A stretch of 24,629 nt of DNA from Candidatus Heimdallarchaeota archaeon (GTDB lineage: Archaea; Asgardarchaeota; Heimdallarchaeia; Hodarchaeales; Hodarchaeaceae), in NCBI GenBank assembly GCA_019057635.1, contig DXJL01000034.1:1-24629 (forward strand), read 5' to 3'. Positions 10,060-18,088 of this stretch are shown piece by piece; within the stretch, counting starts at the first letter, position 1; each line of letters starts with the position of its first letter. Below the pieces are notes generated by a model. That model did no database searches. It worked only from the letters and a program-made list of their open reading frames with translations, and was not told the origin of the DNA. A program made the translations under genes and the position numbers.

Positions 10060-11316
10060 TTATATTTTTAAAGCAAACCGTGGAACCATTCTTGCAACAA
10101 TTTCACCTAAGCCTAGCTCTACCGTATGAATAACTACACTACGCCCACGATATGCGAATTGCAGTTCCCTAGGGGATTCAAACATCAAAGATCCAATACC
10201 AGTTCCAAGATCCACGGAAAAATACCTCCTTTTCTCAACTGTTTCAAAGATTTCTGGTATGGCGACGATATGTGGAAAAACATACCCCCCGCCGTGCGGT
10301 AGGATATCAGCGTTTTTAATTCGATCCTTCAATCCAAACCTTTCCATTCTTTCTTTGAAATTTAAACTACTAACTGCTTCATCTGAAAAATTTGGAATTC
10401 CTTTCATAAGGTAACAGGGAAGATCAGCCCTTAATGTTACAGGGTATAATTGCTCTTGCGAAGATTTAGCAAATGTATACGCACCCAATACTACCTCATT
10501 TAAGCTTTTCATGCCTTGGTGAGTAGTATCTGAAATAACATCAAAATCTTTACCAAAGATCATTTCAGCGGCTAAAATACGTCTTTTAGCACCAATCGTG
10601 TCAGCCCACTTAAAAAATTCATAATATCTACGCGCATTATTGTCAACTAAATAATGAATATCACCGAAGGGGGTCTCAAGAGTTTCAGAGAAATGTTTAA
10701 CAGTATCACTCATATGATGGTACAATCCCATTCCTTTTGGATTATCATCTGTTTTCAGTTCAGAGGGGGAAGAATGAGTAATAAATGTATACTCGGGTAG
10801 GTCGGATGATTCACTGACTGCTGGATTAGGATGTACTTCAAACACGTTAACGAAATGATTTCCACTCCCAAAATTCCAATGGATTGGAACACCTTCAATT
10901 TCTATTTCTCCGCTGCTATCATTGAGTTCATGAACTTTCTGAATCAATTCGATTGGATCAGGAATTTCATTCAATGAACCTACCAACATTCCACAGGCAT
11001 TTGGCATTGTATCAACAAACACAATGGGATCTGTGTTATCTCCCCAAGTGATTTTACCACCATAGCCAATACCATTCCTCCAACGTTCAATATTTCGAGT
11101 AATCGTACAATCTGGAGCTGCAATAAAAGTAGCTGTCGGATCCATTCCAAGATACGATTGTACTAGATGCATCTTTGCTAGTCCATATTGAAAATTGATC
11201 CGAGATAATTTAGAGGCACTATCCTCAATTGCAGTAGAGAAAATGAACTGTTTGGATCGGGAGAGTAACTTTCCTCGACCCATACTCATAGTAACTTCCA
11301 TAGAAGAAACCTGCAA
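10060..11316 (-). CDS. Divergent RtcB-like protein (GTP-dependent RNA 3'-phosphate ligase fold)
   Basis: RtcB-like motifs in order: APD, NACG, GSGNHF, HSS, THQ, PHGGG. The true start may be one of the downstream ATGs (11301/11289/11283). Confidence 0.7.
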   Translation of the reverse strand: MQVSSMEVTMSMGRGKLLSRSKQFIFSTAIEDSASKLSRINFQYGLAKMHLVQSYLGMDPTATFIAAPDCTITRNIERWRNGIGYGGKITWGDNTDPIVFVDTMPNACGMLVGSLNEIPDPIELIQKVHELNDSSGEIEIEGVPIHWNFGSGNHFVNVFEVHPNPAVSESSDLPEYTFITHSSPSELKTDDNPKGMGLYHHMSDTVKHFSETLETPFGDIHYLVDNNARRYYEFFKWADTIGAKRRILAAEMIFGKDFDVISDTTHQGMKSLNEVVLGAYTFAKSSQEQLYPVTLRADLPCYLMKGIPNFSDEAVSSLNFKERMERFGLKDRIKNADILPHGGGYVFPHIVAIPEIFETVEKRRYFSVDLGTGIGSLMFESPRELQFAYRGRSVVIHTVELGLGEIVARMVPRFALKI

Positions 11317-11557
11317 TCAGCTTATGTAGATTAAATATTTTTATAATGATATTACCTTATATCAACTTATCAAATTTCTTGTCAATAACAGATCGCCATT
11401 GTATTTATTGTTATTCTTTTTTCAATGTTTATCGTCATTATAGTTATTATGGTCTTCTAAAAGAGTTCATTAAGGTTCGAATTCTAAATAATTAGCATTT
11501 AGGGATCGAAAATGTCTGCAAAATCATTTTCTCATAAGCTTTTCACAAAAGAAGAAA

Positions 11558-12208
11558 GTGAAATCATTTGAGATGTATGGAGTATTCGAGATGATCAAGA
11601 GCATAAAGATATCTAACACTCTGAAGCTGGTATTAGCTGGCCTTGGATTAACATTACTATTCTTACTTGTTGCTATGGCTCTATATCCAAACTATAATCA
11701 ATTTGAGCAAACTATCTCAAAATTAGGGAACATTTGGCCTTCCTCATTCTTCTTTTCACTAGCAATTCTGATTGAGGCGGTAATCCTAAGCTATCTTTTA
11801 TCCAAGATTAAAAATGATGTCATTAGATTGTTTAAGGAACAAATAAAAGAGTTTACTATAATTTACTTACTGTACAATGTAATGATTTTTTGTTTGATAG
11901 GAGTAGTAATTTTTCCGAGTAAAGGAGCAACATCTGATATTCATGATGTCATTGCGGTTATGTTGTTTATCTTGATGGCAATAACCACTTTCTGGGTTTC
12001 TTCCATTACCAAGTCCACATTAAAAAACTGGAATAGGGTTATCAGTCATCTGGGATATGTATGTGCTCTTTCAGTTATTATCCTCGGATTATTACTAACG
12101 TTTGGAGAATTTGGCCCTGTTGTACAGAAAATTACTGTGGTTTTGTTCAATATTTGGATTATATTGACTGTCTATGAACTCCAGAAGCATTCACAATCAA
12201 AAATGTAA
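11558..12208 (+). CDS. DUF998 / Frag1-like membrane protein
   Basis: About six TMs, Y....TISKLG after TM1, conserved-looking H..IA...F and QK near the C-terminus. Start may be ATG 11591. Confidence 0.65.
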   Translation: MKSFEMYGVFEMIKSIKISNTLKLVLAGLGLTLLFLLVAMALYPNYNQFEQTISKLGNIWPSSFFFSLAILIEAVILSYLLSKIKNDVIRLFKEQIKEFTIIYLLYNVMIFCLIGVVIFPSKGATSDIHDVIAVMLFILMAITTFWVSSITKSTLKNWNRVISHLGYVCALSVIILGLLLTFGEFGPVVQKITVVLFNIWIILTVYELQKHSQSKM

Positions 12209-12354
12209 AGGATGGGCGTTTCCTGGTCAACAATAAGAAATTTCTCCACAAATCTGAACAGAAGATCGACGGAGAATGGGGTATCTTTTCCAGGAAGAAA
12301 ATTCTACCAATTGAAAGGTATGATCCATTCTCTACTTTTGTTGATAACAAAGGA

Positions 12355-13428
12355 ATGAAAGTTGGCCATAAGACATTTTTCAGTCCGATTCGTGGGAGAA
12401 GACGAATCGAATTTGGATCCACACTTATTCATACTCAACCGCCTGAAAAAATACATTCCTCTCCCAATGATAGTTTCTGCAAGTTAATAAAGGGGGAGAT
12501 TCCATCAATTGTTATTACTAAAGACCTAAGTTTGAATAAAGACCCATTTTCAACCACACCAACCAATGAAAGTCTTCATTCAACCACTGCATTTAGTACC
12601 ATCAATCTTTATCCGCCAATTTCCCGAGTGGTAGAAAAGGAAGCGTCTGAATATCAAAATTCACGTCATCCGCTGGGATTATCTTTGGTTCACATTTTCA
12701 CTCAACATTATTCATTTCCTGAAGAAGTTTCAGTAGAAGAATGGGATATTTTTTTGCAAAACTATCATTTAACCATGAAATCCTGTATTAGCCATCCTAC
12801 CATACGTCGATTGGAAAATGTCACGATTCATACATTTTTTAATATTGGTCTTCGTGCAGGAGCAAGTATTCCCCACTTACATGGACAGTCGTTGATATTC
12901 AATCCTTCAGGATCGGGAAGTAAGAATGCATCCTATACACTCGCATCCCAAGGTCACAATAATTGTTTAAAGTGCCAATATTGGGAAAAAGGTGAAATAA
13001 ATTTCTTTTCAGAGTCAATTTCAATTAAAAACAGGATTATAGCAAGTAACAAATACTGGATGGCCTTTTTAGCCTATGCCCCCGAAAAAGATTCGCATAT
13101 AAGATTATTACCCCGCCAACATGTGTCAGCTTTCTGGTTACTTGACAAAAAAGAACTATCTACACTGGCACCAATCATTATTCAAAGTAACAAAATGCTC
13201 TCAAATTTTATTAAGCGTGAAGGAAAGAACTATCACCTTGTGAAAGACCGGAATATCATTGTACGTCAGACTCCACCTACACCTGATAATAATTTCCATA
13301 TGTTTATAGATATCCTACCAGTTCAGCAGTTAGGGGGAGCAGAAATCCTTGATAATCAAAAATTCTCAAGTGAGCTTCCTGAAACTATTGCCTCCAAAAT
13401 GCTCTCTCTCACATTAAAGGATTGTTGA
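12355..13428 (+). CDS. GalT-like (HIT superfamily) sugar-1-phosphate nucleotidyltransferase; true N-terminus probably upstream
   Basis: NIGLRAGASIPHLHGQ (HxHxQ), CLKC, YAP..DSHIRLLP, FHMFIDILP, GGAE, PETIA. Confidence 0.8.
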   Translation: MKVGHKTFFSPIRGRRRIEFGSTLIHTQPPEKIHSSPNDSFCKLIKGEIPSIVITKDLSLNKDPFSTTPTNESLHSTTAFSTINLYPPISRVVEKEASEYQNSRHPLGLSLVHIFTQHYSFPEEVSVEEWDIFLQNYHLTMKSCISHPTIRRLENVTIHTFFNIGLRAGASIPHLHGQSLIFNPSGSGSKNASYTLASQGHNNCLKCQYWEKGEINFFSESISIKNRIIASNKYWMAFLAYAPEKDSHIRLLPRQHVSAFWLLDKKELSTLAPIIIQSNKMLSNFIKREGKNYHLVKDRNIIVRQTPPTPDNNFHMFIDILPVQQLGGAEILDNQKFSSELPETIASKMLSLTLKDC

Positions 13429-13571
13429 AATTAGTTGTATTTTTTCGCATTTTTCTAGGGACTTTTCCTTCAAAATTCTTATTGATTTATTGAGTTTTTT
13501 GACCTGTATCCTTCATAGGGGTCTTTAAGAAGGATGATGCTATACTGTCTTTTATAATCAACAAAGACTAA

Positions 13572-13898
13572 ATGTCTATAAATTGGGTGAAAAAGATGGT
13601 TGAACTTAACGAAGATCAAGTAAAGATCCTTACCTCCCTGAAAAAAAAGTCTGCCTATATTTCTGACGCTGATAACGGCTTCAAAGGCCTTCCCTACAAA
13701 GAAATCATGAAAACAACAGATTTAACTGTTGAAAAAACGCTTCTTTCGCTCGGAGCTTTAGAAGCTCAACAGCTCGTTAAACACACCTGTGCAATCCAAA
13801 GACAAATCGTTGATTATTTAGGACATTCTACAGTTGAAATTGCCGGCCAAAAGGTAATTCGAATGTTTTCATTAACCTCCAAAGGTTTAAAAGCTTAA
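13572..13898 (+). CDS. Small winged-helix protein, paralog 1
   Basis: LNEDQVKIL...YKEI...LTVEKTLLSLGALEAQQLV...FSLTSKG, a MarR/ArsR-like wHTH pattern. Start may be ATG 13596. Confidence 0.65.
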   Translation: MSINWVKKMVELNEDQVKILTSLKKKSAYISDADNGFKGLPYKEIMKTTDLTVEKTLLSLGALEAQQLVKHTCAIQRQIVDYLGHSTVEIAGQKVIRMFSLTSKGLKA

Positions 13899-14095
13899 TA
13901 GCTTTATCACCGTTCTGAAAGACTTACCCAAAGAGGACAGCTAGGAATAATTGGGAAAAATTATTCGTAACAATCCTTGGAGCTGTTCTTCCTGATTCAG
14001 CGACGCGAGCCAGCATTAATGCAGGTCTTACCGCCTCTCCACAGGCGTTTAACGTCTCCGTAGAACTCTCGGCAATAGGAAATACACATGACGAT
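13890..14095 (-). ncRNA. Predicted TnpB omega-RNA (scaffold ~14080-13910 plus flank-derived guide 13909-~13890)
   Basis: Stems on the minus strand: CCGAGA-GT-TCTACGG, CGTT-A-AACG, CCTG/CAGG, GCATT/AATGC, ACAGCT/AGCTGT and GAATAATT/AATTATTC. GTTCT in the 5' hairpin is complementary to AGAAC at the 3' end (pseudoknot-like). Confidence 0.7.
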
Positions 14096-14119
14096 CCTGA
14101 TTGATTAGTAGCTTTTCTT

Positions 14120-14133
14120 CTTATAAACCTACT
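14120..14133 (-). promoter_or_regulatory. Putative TATA-box promoter retained in the mini-element
   Basis: TAGTAGGTTTATAAG is identical in both elements (14120-14134 minus and 24236-24250 plus). It lies ~40 bp upstream of the omega-RNA scaffold here and ~35 bp upstream of tnpB in the other copy. Confidence 0.55.
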
Positions 14134-14320
14134 AAGTCCTGGAATCTAAAACAAATTTGCTTGTTTCCCGTTATTCTAATATCAAGAAGTTACCTAGCGT
14201 GTCATTTTGGTATAATCCCATGAAATCGGTTGAACACTCTGTTAATCATGTATTGTAATCTCTACACCCTTCTCCTAAGATATCCTGCTTCCTATTTCTC
14301 TTCTTTCCTCAATGTTATCT

Positions 14321-14360
14321 TGTCATATTTGTCTATAAATGTCCATAGCTGTCAAGCTAT
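14321..14360 (-). repeat. Left-end ~10-bp direct repeats (...GACA) of the mini-element
   Basis: Minus strand TAGCTTGACA GCTATGGACA TTTATAGACA AATATGACA. Confidence 0.7.
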
Positions 14361-14647
14361 CCGACAACAGGATTGACCCCTTCTGAAAACCTCTTTACAC
14401 CATTTTTACTGGGGCAATTTTATTCTTTAGTACTACAAACGGCTATAATTTGTTGTATAATCTAGAATTGGTGTTTTCTCAATTCCTTGCAATACTCTGG
14501 CCGTATTAGCAGATCTAGCTTAATTCTAAGTTAAAGTGGAAAGCTTGGTAATAAGTAATGTTCACCCATTTCGAGAATACATACGAAGCAGAGTTAAACA
14601 TAGGTTAATTCGCGTTATTCAACCCGTAATGAAAAAGGCGTTAACAA

Positions 14648-14995
14648 ATGGTAGAAATTAAGGAACTAAATCAAGATCAAATAAAAGTCATCCTTACATT
14701 AGGAGATCCTTCTGAATTTTTTAGAGGGTTTCACACTACTGCGGGAGTCCGTGGTGTTCCCTATAAAAAAATTAAGGAAAAGAGTGGCTTAACATTAGAA
14801 AAAGTTCTCCTATCCTTAGGTTGGTTAGAAGCAACAAGTTATATCGATCACGATGTTGCGATTGTTAGAAAAACCTTGGATTATCTTGGGCAGACCAATA
14901 TCGAGGTTGCTGGACAATCAGTTTTAAGAATGTTCTACTTAACTGAGAAAGGAAAAAAAATGTTGTCATCTCTTGAAAAAGCTGGGAGAGAATGA
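14648..14995 (+). CDS. Small winged-helix protein, paralog 2, likely co-transcribed with gap
   Basis: ELNQDQIKVI...GVPYKKI...LTLEKVLLSLGWLEA...DYLG...EVAGQ.VLRMFYLTEKG. The stop is 3 bp before the gap ATG. Confidence 0.7.
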   Translation: MVEIKELNQDQIKVILTLGDPSEFFRGFHTTAGVRGVPYKKIKEKSGLTLEKVLLSLGWLEATSYIDHDVAIVRKTLDYLGQTNIEVAGQSVLRMFYLTEKGKKMLSSLEKAGRE

Positions 14996-14998
14996 TAG

Positions 14999-16096
14999 AT
15001 GGCTAAATCCAAGGTAAAAATAGGTGTTGTTGGATACGGAGTGATAGGAAAACGAGTAGCAGATGCAGTAGCAGCCCAATCTGATATGAAACTCGTTGGG
15101 GTAGCTGATATCATTTCTGATGTTCGACTACGCATCGCAGTAGAAAGGAAATACCCTATCTACTGTAGTGTGGCTGATTTTGAACCCAAAATGCGTGAAG
15201 CGGGATATGAGATCGTTGGATATCTAGATGATATGGTCAAACAATGTGATTTGGTCATTGATTGTACTCCTTCAGGTGTTCCCCAGCAGAATTTTCCTCT
15301 TTATAAAGCTGAAAATGTAAGAAGTATCGTTCAAGGAGGAGAAAAACACGGTTTAGTCAATCGCAGCTTCAGTACTTTCGGAAATTATTATTCCCATCTT
15401 GGTGTTGATAAAACACGTGTTGTTTCCTGCAATACAACTGCTTTAACTCGTATTATATCTACATTAGCCCATACATATGGTGTTTCAGACGCATTTGTTG
15501 CACTTGCACGGAGAGCAGGTGATCCAGCACGTACGAACAGAGGGCCAATTAATGCTATTACACCTGTTTTGGGCGTTTCACATCATGGACCAGATTTAGT
15601 TACAGTAATGCCCCGTTTTCAGGATAAAATCCATTCTCTAGCTATCGCAGGTTCATGGACTCTTTCTCACGTTCATATGCTGAGAGTAACTCTTGAGAGT
15701 AGTCCTAGCAAAGACGATGTCGTAGCATTGTTTAAACGAACACCACGTATCTTGATTGAACCAGGAAAACAAGGATTATTTGACTCAGCTCAACTGGTCG
15801 AATATTTCCGTGATTTAGGGAGACCTAGATACGATCGTCCTGAAGTATTCATCTGGCAAGAAACTTTGAGTACAGATGCAAACAACAATCTGTATTTAAT
15901 CTATGACGTCCATATGGAATCCATTCCGATTCCAGAGAACGTAGACGCTATTCGGGCAATGCTAGAGATGGAGTCAAGCGCTATTAAATCAGTTGAGAAA
16001 ACTGATAAAGCCTTAAACATTGATCAAAAAGGAGCTTATTCCCAATCACTTTACGGAGAGACTGAACCTCAAGTATCTCAAGATACTAAGGAATAA
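14999..16096 (+). CDS. gap: Archaeal type II phosphorylating glyceraldehyde-3-phosphate dehydrogenase
   Basis: GYGVIGKRVADAV, DCTP, QGGEK, RVVSCNTT (catalytic Cys), SHHGPD, IPENVDAIRAM. Confidence 0.93.
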   Translation: MAKSKVKIGVVGYGVIGKRVADAVAAQSDMKLVGVADIISDVRLRIAVERKYPIYCSVADFEPKMREAGYEIVGYLDDMVKQCDLVIDCTPSGVPQQNFPLYKAENVRSIVQGGEKHGLVNRSFSTFGNYYSHLGVDKTRVVSCNTTALTRIISTLAHTYGVSDAFVALARRAGDPARTNRGPINAITPVLGVSHHGPDLVTVMPRFQDKIHSLAIAGSWTLSHVHMLRVTLESSPSKDDVVALFKRTPRILIEPGKQGLFDSAQLVEYFRDLGRPRYDRPEVFIWQETLSTDANNNLYLIYDVHMESIPIPENVDAIRAMLEMESSAIKSVEKTDKALNIDQKGAYSQSLYGETEPQVSQDTKE

Positions 16097-16116
16097 CTCC
16101 CCCTTTTCTTATTTAT
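16097..16116 (+). terminator. Possible archaeal pyrimidine/T-rich terminator of gap
   Basis: CTCCCCCTTTTCTTATTT immediately follows the stop codon. Confidence 0.35.
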
Positions 16117-16332
16117 ATTGAAATATCTTGAATTATTCACATAGAAGGGATGCATACCCTTCATAAATTTTTTAACCTTAAGAGGATAGTTTAAACCTCC
16201 ATCTTTCAATTCTACACTTGGAAACAGATTATTATTTTGACATTTTACCTCCCCTAATTTTCTGTGAAAAGTTATCTTTTTAAATTTCGTTAATCTAAGA
16301 CTAGCAAGTAAATTTTCTTAACAGTCGTTTTC

Positions 16333-17079
16333 ATGAGGTATTCAAAGTTGAAAGATATTCCTGAAATCAAAGCAATTGCTGACAAATTATTTGAAGATCG
16401 TAACATTAACCAAGTTTTAGTTGCCACCAGTGATGGATCTCCTATCTATGGTACTGAACGAGGGAAAGAAGGTCTAGGGGAAGAATTATTTATCATTCCT
16501 GCCGCTATTTCGAGTGCTTTAGCAATTTCGCATGGTTTCATGCAGAATACTCTAGATGACAAAGTTCTCGAGTATGTAGTATTTCAAGAAGATTCGATTA
16601 TCCTCGCTTCTCGTGAAGGCGATACTGTACTCATCATTACGATCCGCCTGCCTAAAACATCATTTGAAAAGCGGCCTCCTATTGATGATTTGATAAGCCA
16701 ATCGAGAGATGCTGTTGCAAAGATTGATGCTATTGTCAAAACTCTTGATATTGAGGATAGTCTTATAGAGAAATTGCAAAGAGCTATTCCTGAAGCAAGC
16801 GCTATTTTATTACTTTCATCTGCAGGTATTCCCCTTTCTGATCTATTATCCAGTCTAGACGTTGATTCAGCTCAACTTGCGGCAGTTTCGTCAGCTTTAA
16901 GCCTGCCAACAAGAATTCTTGGAAAAGAATGCCATAGTGTAGCTGTCACGGGAAAAAATAATCTCATTCTCCTCTATGCATTAGATGCAGATAGAATATT
17001 AATGGTTTCATTGAAACCGAAGCAAAGTGTAGAATCATATTTAACGCTCATTTCTCAAATTGTATCTCATCGTGAGTAA
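16333..17079 (+). CDS. Tandem roadblock/LC7 (MglB/LAMTOR-like) domain protein
   Basis: Two ~115-aa repeats with helix-VLVATSDG.PI / ILLLSSAG.PL, a long helix (AAISSAL / AAVSSAL), three strands and a final helix. Confidence 0.75.
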   Translation: MRYSKLKDIPEIKAIADKLFEDRNINQVLVATSDGSPIYGTERGKEGLGEELFIIPAAISSALAISHGFMQNTLDDKVLEYVVFQEDSIILASREGDTVLIITIRLPKTSFEKRPPIDDLISQSRDAVAKIDAIVKTLDIEDSLIEKLQRAIPEASAILLLSSAGIPLSDLLSSLDVDSAQLAAVSSALSLPTRILGKECHSVAVTGKNNLILLYALDADRILMVSLKPKQSVESYLTLISQIVSHRE

Positions 17080-17271
17080 TTTTCTCGTCTGAGAATTACT
17101 GTAGCTCCCAAGCATCATTAAAAGGCTTTTAAACCAAATTAGCTAGCCAGATACCGTTTGGGAAAGGAATGAAAGTCTTAGAGAGTTCACAAAAAGACTA
17201 TATAAATCAGAGTAAAATTGACTATAATCAATATACAATGAGAATGTTTCATTCTCGAAGTTCTGTGAGGT

Positions 17272-17973
17272 TTGGAAATGGATATCGAACATGCTATAAA
17301 AGAAGCAAAAACATTAATTGTTGAGAAAAAGGCCGAGCAAGCCACCGAGTTACTCACAAATGCTTTAACTTTTATTCAGTCTTCTGAGTACGAAACTGTC
17401 GAACAAGAAGTAAAATTAGTGCTCGAAGCAGCAATCCAAGAAAATCTTGGTGATGCCAAAATAATAGATCAAAAAGATCAAGAAGCATTAAGTCATTTAT
17501 TAATGGCATTAACTCAATTGCAGACTCTAGAATCTTCTTCTGAGCAATCAGCAATTGAACCATTATTTCGGGTCTATCGAAAAATGTCTGGTGCATTCAA
17601 CCGCTTGGGGCAGCAATTTGAAAGTGAGAAGTACTTACGTAAAGCAGGAGATATCAAAGCTTCAATTTTGAAAAAAGAATTATTCGCACGGCTGAAAGCA
17701 GCGAAATATAATTTCCAAGAAGATGTACGTGTAATAGAATCAGAGGCTAGTCCGGTCGATATTTTAGCAGAAAAAGGATCTCTATTTAGAAAAAATCGAA
17801 TTGCGATCTGGTTCGCTATGGATGATTCCGAAGTTGACACAATATCGTTTATCACCCGTGGCTATGCAAAATATGCAAAATCTCGCTATATTGTTTTATT
17901 AATGGGGCAAGCCACAATTCCCAATCTTGATGGAGTTCGTATCATCAGTTCTATTGATGATATCAAATTATAA
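17272..17973 (+). CDS. TPR-like helical protein with C-terminal alpha/beta (restriction-endonuclease-like?) domain
   Basis: TPR-like patterns (ENLGD...ALSHLLMAL; LGQQFESEKYLRKA); the C-terminal domain has VDILAEK...IAIWF. Start probably ATG 17278. Confidence 0.55.
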   Translation: MEMDIEHAIKEAKTLIVEKKAEQATELLTNALTFIQSSEYETVEQEVKLVLEAAIQENLGDAKIIDQKDQEALSHLLMALTQLQTLESSSEQSAIEPLFRVYRKMSGAFNRLGQQFESEKYLRKAGDIKASILKKELFARLKAAKYNFQEDVRVIESEASPVDILAEKGSLFRKNRIAIWFAMDDSEVDTISFITRGYAKYAKSRYIVLLMGQATIPNLDGVRIISSIDDIKL

Positions 17974-18088
17974 TTCACACAAAATCTGCACCTATTGTCA
18001 TCTTCTAGTGGGGAAACTGGAAATAGAAATCTCCCCTTTTTTCAGGCGAGCAATGTTTCGTAAAAGAGGGAGAAAAGGAGGACGTAGA

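Larger units (their letters stand above)
13910..14377 (-). mobile_element. Non-autonomous, protein-free derivative of an IS607-family-like tnpB element (left end fused to omega-RNA/right end)
   Basis: The reverse complement of 14097-14347 aligns with 24023-24273 (47/60 identities in the last 60-nt block, counted by hand). 13910-14080 carries a TnpB C-terminal-tail remnant (IAESSTETLNACGEAVRP...SLNQE) and ends CAGAACGG. Confidence 0.85.

Noticed and set aside
16003-16011. 9-nt match (TGATAAAGC) to the predicted guide seed inside gap
   Set aside because: Short match in AT-rich DNA that is not preceded by AAGGG; compatible with chance.
18010-18035. GGGGA...TCCCC inverted repeat between convergent genes
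   Set aside because: Only a 5-bp stem with a long loop; too weak to call a terminator.
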